Source: a virus. Taken from it: a DNA stretch of 64,000 bases. Of this stretch, positions 51,801 through 60,928 are shown piece by piece. The notes under the pieces were generated by a model, which was not told where the DNA came from, searched no databases, and saw only the letters and a program-made list of their open reading frames with translations. The stretch is from IMG/VR virus record IMGVR_UViG_3300008952_000012, positions 1 to 64,000 of that record. One strand, given 5' to 3'. A program made the position numbers and the translations under genes. Every line of letters begins with the position of its first letter. Within the stretch, counting starts at the first letter, position 1.

Positions 51801-54029
51801 TCTGGCCTAAACGATGACCCAATAAATGAGGACACCATCGGAGTTGACGGTGGAACTCTTTCTGTCGAGTACGCTGACCTGAATAGCGACGGTGTAATTG
51901 ACGTAGAGCCGGAAGCAGAGATCGATCAAATCGAACGCGTGTGTTTCACGCTCCCCGCAGAGGTGAACCTCGTAGAGTACGGAACTGCTAGGTATGACGT
52001 TTTACGATTAGACGACATGTTTGGCGACGAAAAGCACTGGTGGGTTGAGGCAATAACCTCAGCGCACTGGCCCATGAATGAATGGTATAGCTTTTTGGAG
52101 GATGTGCCAGCCCTGGGACTCGTCAATGAGTTGACGGTTACGGAAACCGGCGCAAATACAGACACTCTTATTACGTCTGCCCCAACGACTAATGTCGATT
52201 TAACCCAGTACCTTAAGCGCGGGGATATGGTCAAGGGTATCGAGAACCCGCTTGTGACCGCGACCGAAGAGTGGTTTGGGATTGTTGACTCCGTTACTTA
52301 CAACGGAGCGACATCAACAATAACCCTGGTGCCAGGAACCGGTTTTTCGCCGGGAGTTGTGTTTACCGGGCAGTTATTCTTTAGGTCCCTTGGGGTCAAT
52401 AACAGGCTCGTCCTGGATAGAAATCAGGCCCTACCAGCCACCATCGAGGACTTGCGGTTCACGCTTGGGCACCCATCAATTGGAACGGGGCGCGTGTACT
52501 TCAAAGACAAGACCTTCTTTGAGGCCGACCCCAAGACAGTGTTTACCTACACTGATCAGAAGACGCAAAAAGACTGGTACTTGCGACCCTCTCCGGCAGA
52601 GAAGGCTCTCATTTACAAATCGTCACACAGCGACACAGATTTACGTCTGGACAACACTTCTGACCCAGCTAAGCCCTGGAGGTACTTGGTCTCGGAAGAA
52701 ACCGACTTCTTCAAACACAACATCCTGCCAGGAGACAAGCTGAGCGTACTCTCTAAGGTGTTGTGGTCTGAGGCGTTCATGTCCGGGCTTGAAGAGGAGA
52801 AGAACCTTCTGGTTGGTGGTAAGACGCTGGCGGTGTCTGTGAATGACGCTATTCGGACATGCACGTTTAGCGGACCCAATCCGATGACCCTTGACGACGT
52901 GGTTGCTGATATCAACAGGCAGCTTGGGGACGTTCTGTTCGCAGACGTATTTCAGTATAATATTGAGGGCGTTGGCCCAGGTGCTCCCCCCAGCGAAGAA
53001 GTAGACGGGCCGGGATATAGGATTAGGATATTCTCTAGCCACGACATCATGCTGGTGACGCAGGGGACAATCGGAATCCTCTCTGACCTTAGATTTAGCG
53101 ATAGGGATAACACGCCTACGCCGCAACTGATCGGTGAGTACACGGTGTCCGGCCTTGAGTACATAGAAGCCGCAGGACCGATAGCCGCCAAAACAAGGAT
53201 ACGCCTAACGGTCGGGTCAACTGAGCCCGATACGCTGGAGACTTACATCCAGACATTGGCGTTGAATTCAGACGACGACGGTGATGATGTTTGGGATAGG
53301 TACTATGATCTTCTCTTCATCGAAATCCACAGGGACAAAAACCAGAGGGTTTACCCAGCAGACATGGAGACCGATGAGACCGGACTACACTATGCCTACA
53401 TAAAGCTCACGTCTTACGACCCAAACACGTCCACAGGGATCGTCCCAGACGAAAGTCAGTTAGAGCCATACAACTACAATTCTCTTGGATACGAGGTTGT
53501 TGTAGAGAACGAAAACTACTCGTATAGCCTTGGTGAGGACTCCAGTCTGAAAACCACGTCTGTGGTTCTGGATACGGTTGCCGACAGCTTTGAGAAAGTG
53601 TTCGAGGTAACCGGGGCTAGTGTGACGATTGGGTATGATCGCTCTGATACGGTGGCTTCCGTACAAAGCTACCTTTTGCAAAGAGACGCCCGAGTTGTTT
53701 GCAATAACCCACTGGCACGTCACTTCTTCCCCGCGTATCCAATGTTTTCCATTGAGCACACGGGGACACTTCTTAACAGTGAATTGAAGGATAAAATAGC
53801 TGACTTCTTGTCATCTCTGTATCCAAACAGGCCACTTGAGGTGTTTGATCTTACGTCAGTTCTTACAAAGACAGGCAGCAGCTACATGCTTATGCCGCAG
53901 GAGGCCGCGTTTTTGGTCCACAGATCTGACAGAAGAATCAAAGTTATTAGAAGCAAGAATATTGTATTCCTCGGCAATCAGTACCACATCATGGAAGACC
54001 TAAGCCGAGTCACGATTAACGGGGAATAA
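45879..54029 (+). CDS. Giant baseplate J/gp6-like wedge protein (2716 aa)
   Basis: N-terminal J-like motifs (PG SVLKDVLVAP, A.G.VRVYF, VTNSVGFSGG..EETNEEFLARA, IRVIGHG); internal HIGGMTDVYL; C-terminal J-like tail. Confidence 0.85.
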   Translation: MATENLKRFMTERLLDLDPTLSDQAGSLMFTKVIDPLVARLGVDPLGVDIGTFILARLQEEFPELDVNSPGSVLKDVLVAPLALILEPLRREIFFLRTQNSLADATALSEPEMDALLSNILSERLNGANALGNVRVYFNSAKTVGVDSSIIFSTADGINFTPTSPSTYFPENFTRSGNHWYIDISVRSMEATIEANVPKNSIKFVNGLDNVARVTNSVGFSGGITEETNEEFLARAERSLSERSLNTERGIETDLFNKFSDITSIRVIGHGEPEMQRDILEAECNRDVTETLGPLIYMSADWATREVISGNITAMGAVAPMMENGFPFTNTIVFNAPPGGWDIDLKTKMLKAKYLRVSDGNQYYHNTMLNRVRVIDEIKEHMSGDIYVRTKDFEVFPPPADIFSEGTSVSVSGRTDGPHHGLNKHSWQGSDFKMIGGGDDALDYVTGAHLPFTDHIDTEFDFVDVPGSVIAGRDFLVVVSRGKFDDDMDPVDANTEWSKKIMTFPLLKHFGHEDLGVGRSDGFLVSKDRILYKGEANFEYEPNLEYSGLREHTHIRDFGGPKLSDWEEDDAQDIVWGGIDKEDYGRRPGVAIEGKKVNQLGMDSAPTSLEISDNGNAEPQECDIILNQSQTPWSARGIQEGDYVACTVYAETYGGDPYKGKLTDADEAMLWHAWGRIKKVGFGSPWRLRVEGLDWRPLHTGKLLEFSPVARAEVTIHEPLEHLGFDTDQLLEEPMGVPGEETRYLFGKVEWFSGSPGSWRNYPFGPVAEPEAYFPGTAYDFKKAGCTRDAWQQEGTQGGYKTNIDQAALGNVLYNASTVIGTTVDLHFKILGHGRGDGTMPPPPGTPYAQIRDDYTIIVPWDAAFAPASNSTADKGIAAKNLMIAFRDLVNEGSHPHHIDTLAVPANPTRTFPAYLEFDPIADADPVDLAAGTAFVQFHFLSLIYHELANQWEVFGAAVDTAVTDAFPGTGFFTNITSLDISGNIGAGDTGKLFDSPEAVSPGQKATAAAICEAINAASGQAVFDGFLGMSGLLKAYLKYPSQAADEPCTFIVECLDPVTALPPGGNGWTVRVIPDGHATPVPSQIEHPVWDGGYNYSWPINETGYPEGNVNGGYIGGFGARKQVVGKEPVTWPHDGFPSVPVFDFNHPDSKPVPALTGTVAGSDTDDYWGVVDQEEHPDHATPYEELGSVVASGGSATDSPPTYDAGTNIFVFRLNNVPAAEPTNSTDSPMLRIVMEVELPGPAESTSSSLPIGTKYPETKTYKLLFTDDGNGNIVYDPAWVLPSDDYDPANPDDHPHGNVQAALGDWLDTANSKINYTTGEIRLAFKEDFELSWPNWSNPNADWGGTPGDTFEWPPGYDPLGPPRGYTFHPNWTTLGSDPAPYKYDGGTVPVLEKPHVAGELLHPVFWAGYTYVKNPYRAFYTVYRGMSELLTPTGVNTPSYDEFAFLPAHRRPNPVPHGYPAHEPIHTTMPSGYYGDMWESESLGNNRIFSNFGFDDTANEVRMVWIRLGKPFNVVHPSIGGTPSEKCFTAELVDLDGAQDDITALGVPQEPEYSGYTKNRYRHYIPKEIAGNPNPDALDIDDDGTTTDVMVQPTSLPLVGGSTSIDDVDKEYPDLDFTDKPEPNEKGLSGFLIPYPMGNNYDMLNMPFGSSMNKPMSDVDLLEHQVAHLYEGFDMAAEDSLLTISGIPGGTPFPTRFGVPLEIVNNQVHIGGMTDVYLKPGATTEATSEEIRIQPEAPVVPYVDGGEVVFAGSDGKIDCLDNPVHFNSPTLHAELTALFGSNPRPLDNLVLEILDPPSPEIQPTFFRIIHTFSSMTNSGVKIDGEFPESLGLGFDNLRFRVMKECSTNLVEPLTILKQGDDLIVHENEMSAFSPSGYQFGANPVTAALYLHIDSEINYGEYRIEGINLNTLILTTAIDEEGTNLKYRIYTKQGTGLDMPMVRVKNVSLAGDNGGLEVPYKHPVDVVSSDFSGLNDDPINEDTIGVDGGTLSVEYADLNSDGVIDVEPEAEIDQIERVCFTLPAEVNLVEYGTARYDVLRLDDMFGDEKHWWVEAITSAHWPMNEWYSFLEDVPALGLVNELTVTETGANTDTLITSAPTTNVDLTQYLKRGDMVKGIENPLVTATEEWFGIVDSVTYNGATSTITLVPGTGFSPGVVFTGQLFFRSLGVNNRLVLDRNQALPATIEDLRFTLGHPSIGTGRVYFKDKTFFEADPKTVFTYTDQKTQKDWYLRPSPAEKALIYKSSHSDTDLRLDNTSDPAKPWRYLVSEETDFFKHNILPGDKLSVLSKVLWSEAFMSGLEEEKNLLVGGKTLAVSVNDAIRTCTFSGPNPMTLDDVVADINRQLGDVLFADVFQYNIEGVGPGAPPSEEVDGPGYRIRIFSSHDIMLVTQGTIGILSDLRFSDRDNTPTPQLIGEYTVSGLEYIEAAGPIAAKTRIRLTVGSTEPDTLETYIQTLALNSDDDGDDVWDRYYDLLFIEIHRDKNQRVYPADMETDETGLHYAYIKLTSYDPNTSTGIVPDESQLEPYNYNSLGYEVVVENENYSYSLGEDSSLKTTSVVLDTVADSFEKVFEVTGASVTIGYDRSDTVASVQSYLLQRDARVVCNNPLARHFFPAYPMFSIEHTGTLLNSELKDKIADFLSSLYPNRPLEVFDLTSVLTKTGSSYMLMPQEAAFLVHRSDRRIKVIRSKNIVFLGNQYHIMEDLSRVTINGE

Positions 54030-54035
54030 TACGTT

Positions 54036-57000
54036 ATGGCGCAGCTACCTGTATCCCCCACATGGGACCTTATAGACTACACGTTTAGAGCTTCGGATAG
54101 CGATATCTACGGCACTGGTGCGCGGTTCCTTGGTGATACGGTTTCTAGTATTGAGGGCCTCTCGTACATCCAGTACCCCCACAACGTTGTTATTGATGAC
54201 GCGTACGTATCGTTTATTGCCAAGACGTCAGACTCCATAGCTGCAATCAAGGAGACAAGCTCTCTCATAGTGTCCGCAGAAATAAACGGCGGCATACCAG
54301 AGAACTTCTCTATTGAGTTTGACATCTTCTTAAGTGAGGACCTGCCTAAGCAGGCCAGCAATAAGGAAAATCGCTTATTCGTTGGGGCAACCAACGTACA
54401 GGGGTACTCGGCAGGTTTCATATTCAGCAGAGAAGGTATCCATGTAGCCAATTCTCCTGACGATCCAAGCCCCGTTATTCTTGGTGGGTCTTCGTCCGTT
54501 ATGTTTAAGGACGACGGTTCCCCTGTGGACGGGCTGTTTATCAGGGCTGTTGTAAGCGGCGAGGACGGGCGGCTATACGTGTACGCCGAGTCTTCGGAGA
54601 AGGCCTACTATACAGAGAAGAACATAACCGATGCGGAGTTGTTGGCCTCCAGGGCAGCTAAATTCGCAGTCTCCCCGCTTGGCGACGCTGTGATCATTCA
54701 TGGGTCTGCCCTGTCTGCCGCCATGCAGGTTGAGCTAGGCATGCTCCCGCCAGGAGAAGATACTGCCATTGGGCAGGACGTTTCTTTTTCGATTGGGTCA
54801 TTAAGGCTGTCTGGGGCCAAGAGGTTCCCCAAGGACAGGCCGGAGGCTTCAATTGTCGCCCAAAGCCAAATAGTTGTTGGGCAAGCAATGGTGCTCAATG
54901 GCACGCAGAGTTCAGACAAGATGGCGAGGCCGCTAGACTTCTTCTGGGAAATAGACTTAGCCCCCGAGGAAAGCACGGCAAAGATGCAGGGGGCCAAGCA
55001 CTCCGAGTGCTCGGTTACGATACCAGCCCCTGACCCGCTAGACCCACCAATCGAGGTAGCCCAGCTTGTATTCATTGAGGCATCACTAAAGCATAATGAT
55101 TATAAGTTAATACTCGAACTCGGTGGGCCGGGAGGGTCTCTCACAACTGACATCGACTTCGTGGCCAAAGAGATACGTGTAAATCTTGAGGCTGATTTAG
55201 CAGGGGACCCCGCCACAACAGTCGCAGACTTCTTAGCGTCGTTCTCAGACACGTTGGCTGCCGGGTACAATATGAAGGTCTCTGGCGGAGAAGACCTCAC
55301 AACGGGCACCGTTTACCCAAGAATAGTAAAAGCTCTATTTACAGAGGGCACCGTTGCATCTGGGAACGAGATGGTCCAACCGGGCGTGTTCTTGTTTTCC
55401 GGAGGGGTTGGGTCAGACCTCACGTCGCCAATCTTTATTCCGGACGTCCCCGGTACCTACATACTCAGCCTGATTGTCCACAACGGCATTAGGCAGAGCC
55501 GAAAAGACCTACAGGTTGTTACCGCCACGGTTTCCGAGCAGCTTCTCGGACACAGGCCGAATTCTACGTACATCTTCAAGTACCTCCCAGACTTTTGGAA
55601 TCTAGTCTCGGATAAAAAGCAGCTATCAGCAATATGGTCTGCCATGACGCAGGCAGTATCATCAGAGTTACTTGTTGCTTGGCAGAACGATTATGGGAAG
55701 GCCCTACGAGACATATCTCGTAGATACCAGCGTCGATGGCTGCACCACGATTGTGCGATTGAGATCCCACCAGATACGCCAGTTGATTTAATCTTCAACG
55801 AGACGGCTGAGTATGGAACACAGCCAGACAAACTTAGCGTCAACCCCATAGCCGAGGGAACTCATACAAAGATTTCCTACATCGTAAGTCCCGAGTTGGT
55901 GCAGCCGGTTCAGGTCGGGAAGGGCTTGGTATTTAGTGACATTGGGCCACCAGAACCCATAGAGATTACAGAGGTCTCTTATGTGGACGACACGGTCGGG
56001 TGGAAGATTTCGAGCAAGCTCACCTCATTCCCTGTTTACGACCTCATAGCTGAGCGTACCGGAGGCTACTTCGTACAAGACCCTGATGACGTAATCGTTG
56101 TAACGCCGGTAAAAAGTGCGGTTCTGTATGAGCCAACGTACCCGTTCTCAAAGATAAACCAAGAGACTGATCGCGTACGCTTGTACAAAAAGGATGGGAC
56201 CACAGTCACAAGCCCTGTTGTCGAGTTCGGTCCCGGGGGGAAAAAGAACACGATCAGACTTGATATTGAGAGAGAAGAGGCAGACGGGCTAGCCAGAAGG
56301 TGGGATCATCTTCGAGAGGTTCAGTACCAGTCTCTTTGGCAGGGACCATACTTATCAATATTCCAGACGTTCTACTTTAGTGATGATGTTGTTTTTGAGA
56401 ATGGCGATCTTGCAAAGATCCAGATTATTGATCCGTACACTAGCGCAGAGGTCGATGTCCACCTTCCCATATACGCATTTGTGGACAACGATCTATTTGT
56501 ACAGTGGGAACCGTTAATAAGCTCGCTAAATGCCGCCGCTAAACTAAATGGTGATGAGAAGGTATGGACAGAAGAGGACCTTAAAGAGTTGGGCTGGAAG
56601 CTCACCGCCCTCGTCAAGCACAAGGAAACTTTTAAGAAAGAAGATCTAGTCTCCATACCCATCCTTGGCGAGACCACCGTGACCCCAGAGGGGCTCAAGG
56701 AGAGGTTCGACTTCGATGTAAGGGACAACAGGATAGCTTTTAAGCCACTCCTTTCTGGGGCGGTGGACCTTGTTTCGACTACGGTAATCGCAGACGACGT
56801 ACCTATACAGTGCTGGTCAGCCACGCTTAAACCTGACTTTTCGTACCACCCAGCCCTAAGCGATATTGTAAATTCTGTTTCTATACTTGATTCGGATATG
56901 GCGCAGGAGATGGGGTTCTACTCTGTTGTCCTAGAGGACGGGCCCGCTGGTACATACAAGCTTTTGGGGGTATCCGAGGACGGCACCAAGATCCTTCTCG

Positions 57001-60000
57001 ACAAGAGAGCCGCCGACCACACCGTAACAAGCCTGAAGAATGTTAAGTTCCATGCGCCAACGAAGAGTGCGTTCACTCCCGGCGTAGACACGTACTGGGC
57101 TGAGATCTCTTACTTCGACAACGTAAAAACAGTTGAAGGGAACTTCGGGCTATTTGTTGGGTTCCCTGAGGAGCTTGTACACAGCTATGATGAGAACCTG
57201 GATTACTTGAGTGTGATCAAGTCTCTGTGGTTCGCTTTCCTAAGCGGGCCTCACTTTGACAACCTCAAGATGGGCGTCCAGGCACTGTTCAACCTTCCCT
57301 ACGCAGAGGTTCGTGGGCAGATAACATTTATTGACCCGCCCACAGATGTCGAGCCTGGGCACATCGTCATGGTTGACGCCGACAACAGGACCTATAACTA
57401 CAGCTACCCAGAGAACGCGGAGTTGGCCATAAACCCGGACACGGGCAGGACCATCAAGGCGTTCAATCTGATCGAGGATGAGAGCACACTTAGTGAGGAA
57501 GAGGCCGCTATTTTAGCGGATGCGAAAGTAGCCCCGTACACCAAGCTTGTGGATGTGGTCATGATTGAGGACTACATCTCAAACCCGGACCTAATCGAGA
57601 GGCAGTTCGGAGGCAACGTAAGACACTACGTGGACGACGAAGGGGTTGTGCACGACATAGACGAGCCCCCAACTATTATAGAGAAATACCACAAGTTTAT
57701 AGTTGACGTCCCTCTAGAGGTAGCCCGGACGACCCAGGTATTTCCGCTCGTAAAGACCTTCCTGAAAGAGGCCAAGCCCGCATACACCGACTTCATATTA
57801 CTAGGCTCTCTAAGGCTCTCAGATGAGGTCAGCGTGGTCGAAGAGACTATCCTGAAGCCAACCTTGCTTCTGAAAGATACGCCTCACACAGAGCCGTACT
57901 GGGCCCTGTACGATGGTTTGGGAACCAGCTACTCAGCGATGGCCCCGACTATGAGCGGCGGCCAGCCGGTCCTTGACCCTGACACCGGTTTACCGATGTG
58001 GCATTCGGAGCAAGTAGAGCAGGCGGTGATACCTGCGGAGCGGGAGCTTCTTACGTGGCCCGTCGAGAGAACGAAGGAAAAGGTAGCTGGAATAGATAAT
58101 GAGGCGCTTGAGAGCCTTAACGCTACCGTCCTCTCTCCCCCATCCGGGTATACGTTTGAGTACACGGACGACGGGATGGGGAATCAGATTGAACCGGTTA
58201 GACTCACAATCCACGCAACGAATCAGCTTGGGACTACGATAACTACGGGACCGAACACCTGGAGCTTCACAGATCTGGGTGAGTTGCTAATCAACAGCGG
58301 CCCCAACTCCGGCGTTAACACTGTGTGGAAAAGCATAGGTTTCTACGTCCCTGGGGACCCAAAATTCTACACGGTCGATGTTACATCTTCTCTTTTGAGC
58401 TTCACCCCTGTAGTTGGGACCCCGGTAGCGTGCGTAATCGTATTCGATGCGCCATTCCCTATGAACGCAAACATTCTCAATGGGATGGACTTGTCGTTTT
58501 ACCTCTTAACAGAAGAGGTGGCCAACCTCCCAGCACCGGTGATTACTTACTGGGACGATGAGGATGTTAAGGAGAAGTTTGAGTCTGGTTACTGTGAGGG
58601 GGTCTTAGATGACTATTCTGGCGATGGCTCGTGGAACAGTCGCCGCACTACCCTCGACATGGTCAACAGCATTAACTCCGACTTGGACGTTGTTAACAGC
58701 CGAGTATGGGTTCCAATCATTAAAGACACCACAGACAACGAGCTTGAGTTCGTTCCTGGGGAAGAGATAGACGTTCGCTATCTGGGGAACCCGGTTGACA
58801 ACGCATCTACCGGAGATGCCCTGAATGTTATTTGGAACGACGCGCCCCCCACGCTCCTTCATTATGGGTCTTCGTACCACCCGAAGATGCCCTTTGGTGC
58901 AAGCTCTCCGCAGAACAACCACCCCTATACGTACATGCTTTTAGGGTTTGAATCTGAGTATGGCCTAGAGAAGCCACAGCTAACCGGGGAGGAGTTAAAT
59001 AGCAGCCCGGACAGCTTGATGAACTATGGGCACGAGTCACGGCTTGATGTGCTTAAGGCTGTCTACGACTACGTGACCTCCATTGCCGGTGACCCAAACG
59101 ACATAACTCTGGTCGGGTCTATCAGCGGGGCCGTAGCCAGAATGGATGCGCTAGAGAATGGCGACCCCGTAGTAGACAGAGCCAACTCGGTACACTCTCC
59201 ATATTTCTTGCTAGAAACCATGTGGCAGGCCGATAAACTTATTAGCTACGGGCCAAAGGCTTTTGCGGATCTTATTACCACTAAATACATTCCCCTGGGT
59301 GGAATATCCGTAACAGACTTCCAGAACGCATCTCTTAATCTCCATCCGGAGGGCGGCTTTGTACTAGAGACCAGCATGTTCTATGACGATTTCTCTAAGG
59401 GAATGGGTAGCTGGATAACAAATACCCTGGCCCCGGGAGAGATTAGACATCAGATAGGGACCCTTTCTCCGAACGTTGCCAACCCAAGTGGGCATCCGAA
59501 CCAGACCGCCTACGTATTCTCACTTGGTGATTCTGGTACCACCCCTACTAGACTTCTTGAGTTGGACCGAGATTTCACAGTTTCAAGTGGCCTAATTATC
59601 CAGTACAAATGGGCTCACGGAGATTTCGAGGATAACGCTGGACACTTGGACATGGATAAGCCCGACGCCGGTGAAGACCTAAAGCTTTATTACAATCATA
59701 ATAATGGCGGGTGGGTTCTAGCTGATACACATGCAGCCACCCTTGCTACACAGGGCGATGACGTTGGGTGGCAGCTAAAAAATGTGATCATAGAGCCTCT
59801 GGGGGTGGCAAACGGGGACACGATTAGGATCAAGTGGGAACAGACCGCGTACGCACAAACCGCTGATAATTGGGCATTTGCTGACGTTAGGGTTTCCGAT
59901 CTGGTCGATCCGGTTAGTCCAGACAGCGTCCACTACCCAAACTGGGGGGAGCCTCCCATCGACCATACGTCAACAATCATTTTGGAAGAGAACTCCAGAA

Positions 60001-60917
60001 AGTGTGTTTCAGAGGTCCAGCAGCACCCATACAACCAACTCAAGAGTGAGAGCGAGCAGTTCATCCCAAGCTACAGCCCCGGGTATTACTCTTGGCAAAA
60101 GCCTGTGGCAGGGGCGAATGACGGTGGGCCAGGATGGAATGATGGTACAAACATAGACCTGGACGGGGGAGGGGTTATCGTTCCGGCAACCCCCGCTCCC
60201 CTACTGACTTGGGACTATCTCGATGTTGGCCGCCTTACGGACACGCCCACAAACTTAGACTTGTTCACCCAGAACACCGCCACAAAGCCGTTACAGAACA
60301 TCCACATTGGGTACAAGATCCGATGCTGGAAGGAACACCACCACACTCATGGGTTTACAGAGTTCTTTATTCCGCCCCCAAGCCTTAAACTGATAGAGCC
60401 GGGATCTTCCGGATATGACATTAGGCTCGGAGGCTTCTATTTTTGTAACGATGATCCAACGCGATCAACTGTGCCCACATCCGACCCAGACTCCTTCGAT
60501 GGGGTCATTGGCGGTAGCTGGCTGTTCCTGCGGCACAGTGAAACCGGGGATGAGATTGCTGTGACTGATTGGGTTTTTGAGGTAGGCACACATACCAACA
60601 AGCACATTGTGCCTAAAGGTCCGCTTAACGATGGCACCCAAACCTGGGTGCTTGGAAGAGACCCTGACCCGTTAGAACCCTTTGACCCAGGCCAAAGAAG
60701 CGATGGCCATATCTACGAACTTAATATTCCGGTACTTTCCCGTCCGGGTTATTATGACATCATAATCCGAAACTATCGACCCTGGTACATGCAGCCTGGA
60801 GCACCAAGACAAATTCACATGGATGAAATAGTTGCTCATAGGTCGTATTATTACGAAGTTGATGGATGGGGCGGCATCGCTTGGGGTACTGGTCCTTGGG
60901 GCGGCGCTGAAAGCTAG
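54036..60917 (+). CDS. Giant baseplate wedge/tail protein (P2 gpI-like core, PKD, Reelin-like domain), 2293 aa
   Basis: PKD (VLNGTQSSD...FFWE...PDVPGTYILSLIV); LWFAFLSGP..NLKMG, FLKEAKPAYT; Reelin-like segment at 59380-59900. Confidence 0.7.
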   Translation: MAQLPVSPTWDLIDYTFRASDSDIYGTGARFLGDTVSSIEGLSYIQYPHNVVIDDAYVSFIAKTSDSIAAIKETSSLIVSAEINGGIPENFSIEFDIFLSEDLPKQASNKENRLFVGATNVQGYSAGFIFSREGIHVANSPDDPSPVILGGSSSVMFKDDGSPVDGLFIRAVVSGEDGRLYVYAESSEKAYYTEKNITDAELLASRAAKFAVSPLGDAVIIHGSALSAAMQVELGMLPPGEDTAIGQDVSFSIGSLRLSGAKRFPKDRPEASIVAQSQIVVGQAMVLNGTQSSDKMARPLDFFWEIDLAPEESTAKMQGAKHSECSVTIPAPDPLDPPIEVAQLVFIEASLKHNDYKLILELGGPGGSLTTDIDFVAKEIRVNLEADLAGDPATTVADFLASFSDTLAAGYNMKVSGGEDLTTGTVYPRIVKALFTEGTVASGNEMVQPGVFLFSGGVGSDLTSPIFIPDVPGTYILSLIVHNGIRQSRKDLQVVTATVSEQLLGHRPNSTYIFKYLPDFWNLVSDKKQLSAIWSAMTQAVSSELLVAWQNDYGKALRDISRRYQRRWLHHDCAIEIPPDTPVDLIFNETAEYGTQPDKLSVNPIAEGTHTKISYIVSPELVQPVQVGKGLVFSDIGPPEPIEITEVSYVDDTVGWKISSKLTSFPVYDLIAERTGGYFVQDPDDVIVVTPVKSAVLYEPTYPFSKINQETDRVRLYKKDGTTVTSPVVEFGPGGKKNTIRLDIEREEADGLARRWDHLREVQYQSLWQGPYLSIFQTFYFSDDVVFENGDLAKIQIIDPYTSAEVDVHLPIYAFVDNDLFVQWEPLISSLNAAAKLNGDEKVWTEEDLKELGWKLTALVKHKETFKKEDLVSIPILGETTVTPEGLKERFDFDVRDNRIAFKPLLSGAVDLVSTTVIADDVPIQCWSATLKPDFSYHPALSDIVNSVSILDSDMAQEMGFYSVVLEDGPAGTYKLLGVSEDGTKILLDKRAADHTVTSLKNVKFHAPTKSAFTPGVDTYWAEISYFDNVKTVEGNFGLFVGFPEELVHSYDENLDYLSVIKSLWFAFLSGPHFDNLKMGVQALFNLPYAEVRGQITFIDPPTDVEPGHIVMVDADNRTYNYSYPENAELAINPDTGRTIKAFNLIEDESTLSEEEAAILADAKVAPYTKLVDVVMIEDYISNPDLIERQFGGNVRHYVDDEGVVHDIDEPPTIIEKYHKFIVDVPLEVARTTQVFPLVKTFLKEAKPAYTDFILLGSLRLSDEVSVVEETILKPTLLLKDTPHTEPYWALYDGLGTSYSAMAPTMSGGQPVLDPDTGLPMWHSEQVEQAVIPAERELLTWPVERTKEKVAGIDNEALESLNATVLSPPSGYTFEYTDDGMGNQIEPVRLTIHATNQLGTTITTGPNTWSFTDLGELLINSGPNSGVNTVWKSIGFYVPGDPKFYTVDVTSSLLSFTPVVGTPVACVIVFDAPFPMNANILNGMDLSFYLLTEEVANLPAPVITYWDDEDVKEKFESGYCEGVLDDYSGDGSWNSRRTTLDMVNSINSDLDVVNSRVWVPIIKDTTDNELEFVPGEEIDVRYLGNPVDNASTGDALNVIWNDAPPTLLHYGSSYHPKMPFGASSPQNNHPYTYMLLGFESEYGLEKPQLTGEELNSSPDSLMNYGHESRLDVLKAVYDYVTSIAGDPNDITLVGSISGAVARMDALENGDPVVDRANSVHSPYFLLETMWQADKLISYGPKAFADLITTKYIPLGGISVTDFQNASLNLHPEGGFVLETSMFYDDFSKGMGSWITNTLAPGEIRHQIGTLSPNVANPSGHPNQTAYVFSLGDSGTTPTRLLELDRDFTVSSGLIIQYKWAHGDFEDNAGHLDMDKPDAGEDLKLYYNHNNGGWVLADTHAATLATQGDDVGWQLKNVIIEPLGVANGDTIRIKWEQTAYAQTADNWAFADVRVSDLVDPVSPDSVHYPNWGEPPIDHTSTIILEENSRKCVSEVQQHPYNQLKSESEQFIPSYSPGYYSWQKPVAGANDGGPGWNDGTNIDLDGGGVIVPATPAPLLTWDYLDVGRLTDTPTNLDLFTQNTATKPLQNIHIGYKIRCWKEHHHTHGFTEFFIPPPSLKLIEPGSSGYDIRLGGFYFCNDDPTRSTVPTSDPDSFDGVIGGSWLFLRHSETGDEIAVTDWVFEVGTHTNKHIVPKGPLNDGTQTWVLGRDPDPLEPFDPGQRSDGHIYELNIPVLSRPGYYDIIIRNYRPWYMQPGAPRQIHMDEIVAHRSYYYEVDGWGGIAWGTGPWGGAES

Positions 60918-60928
60918 GAGATTTTATT

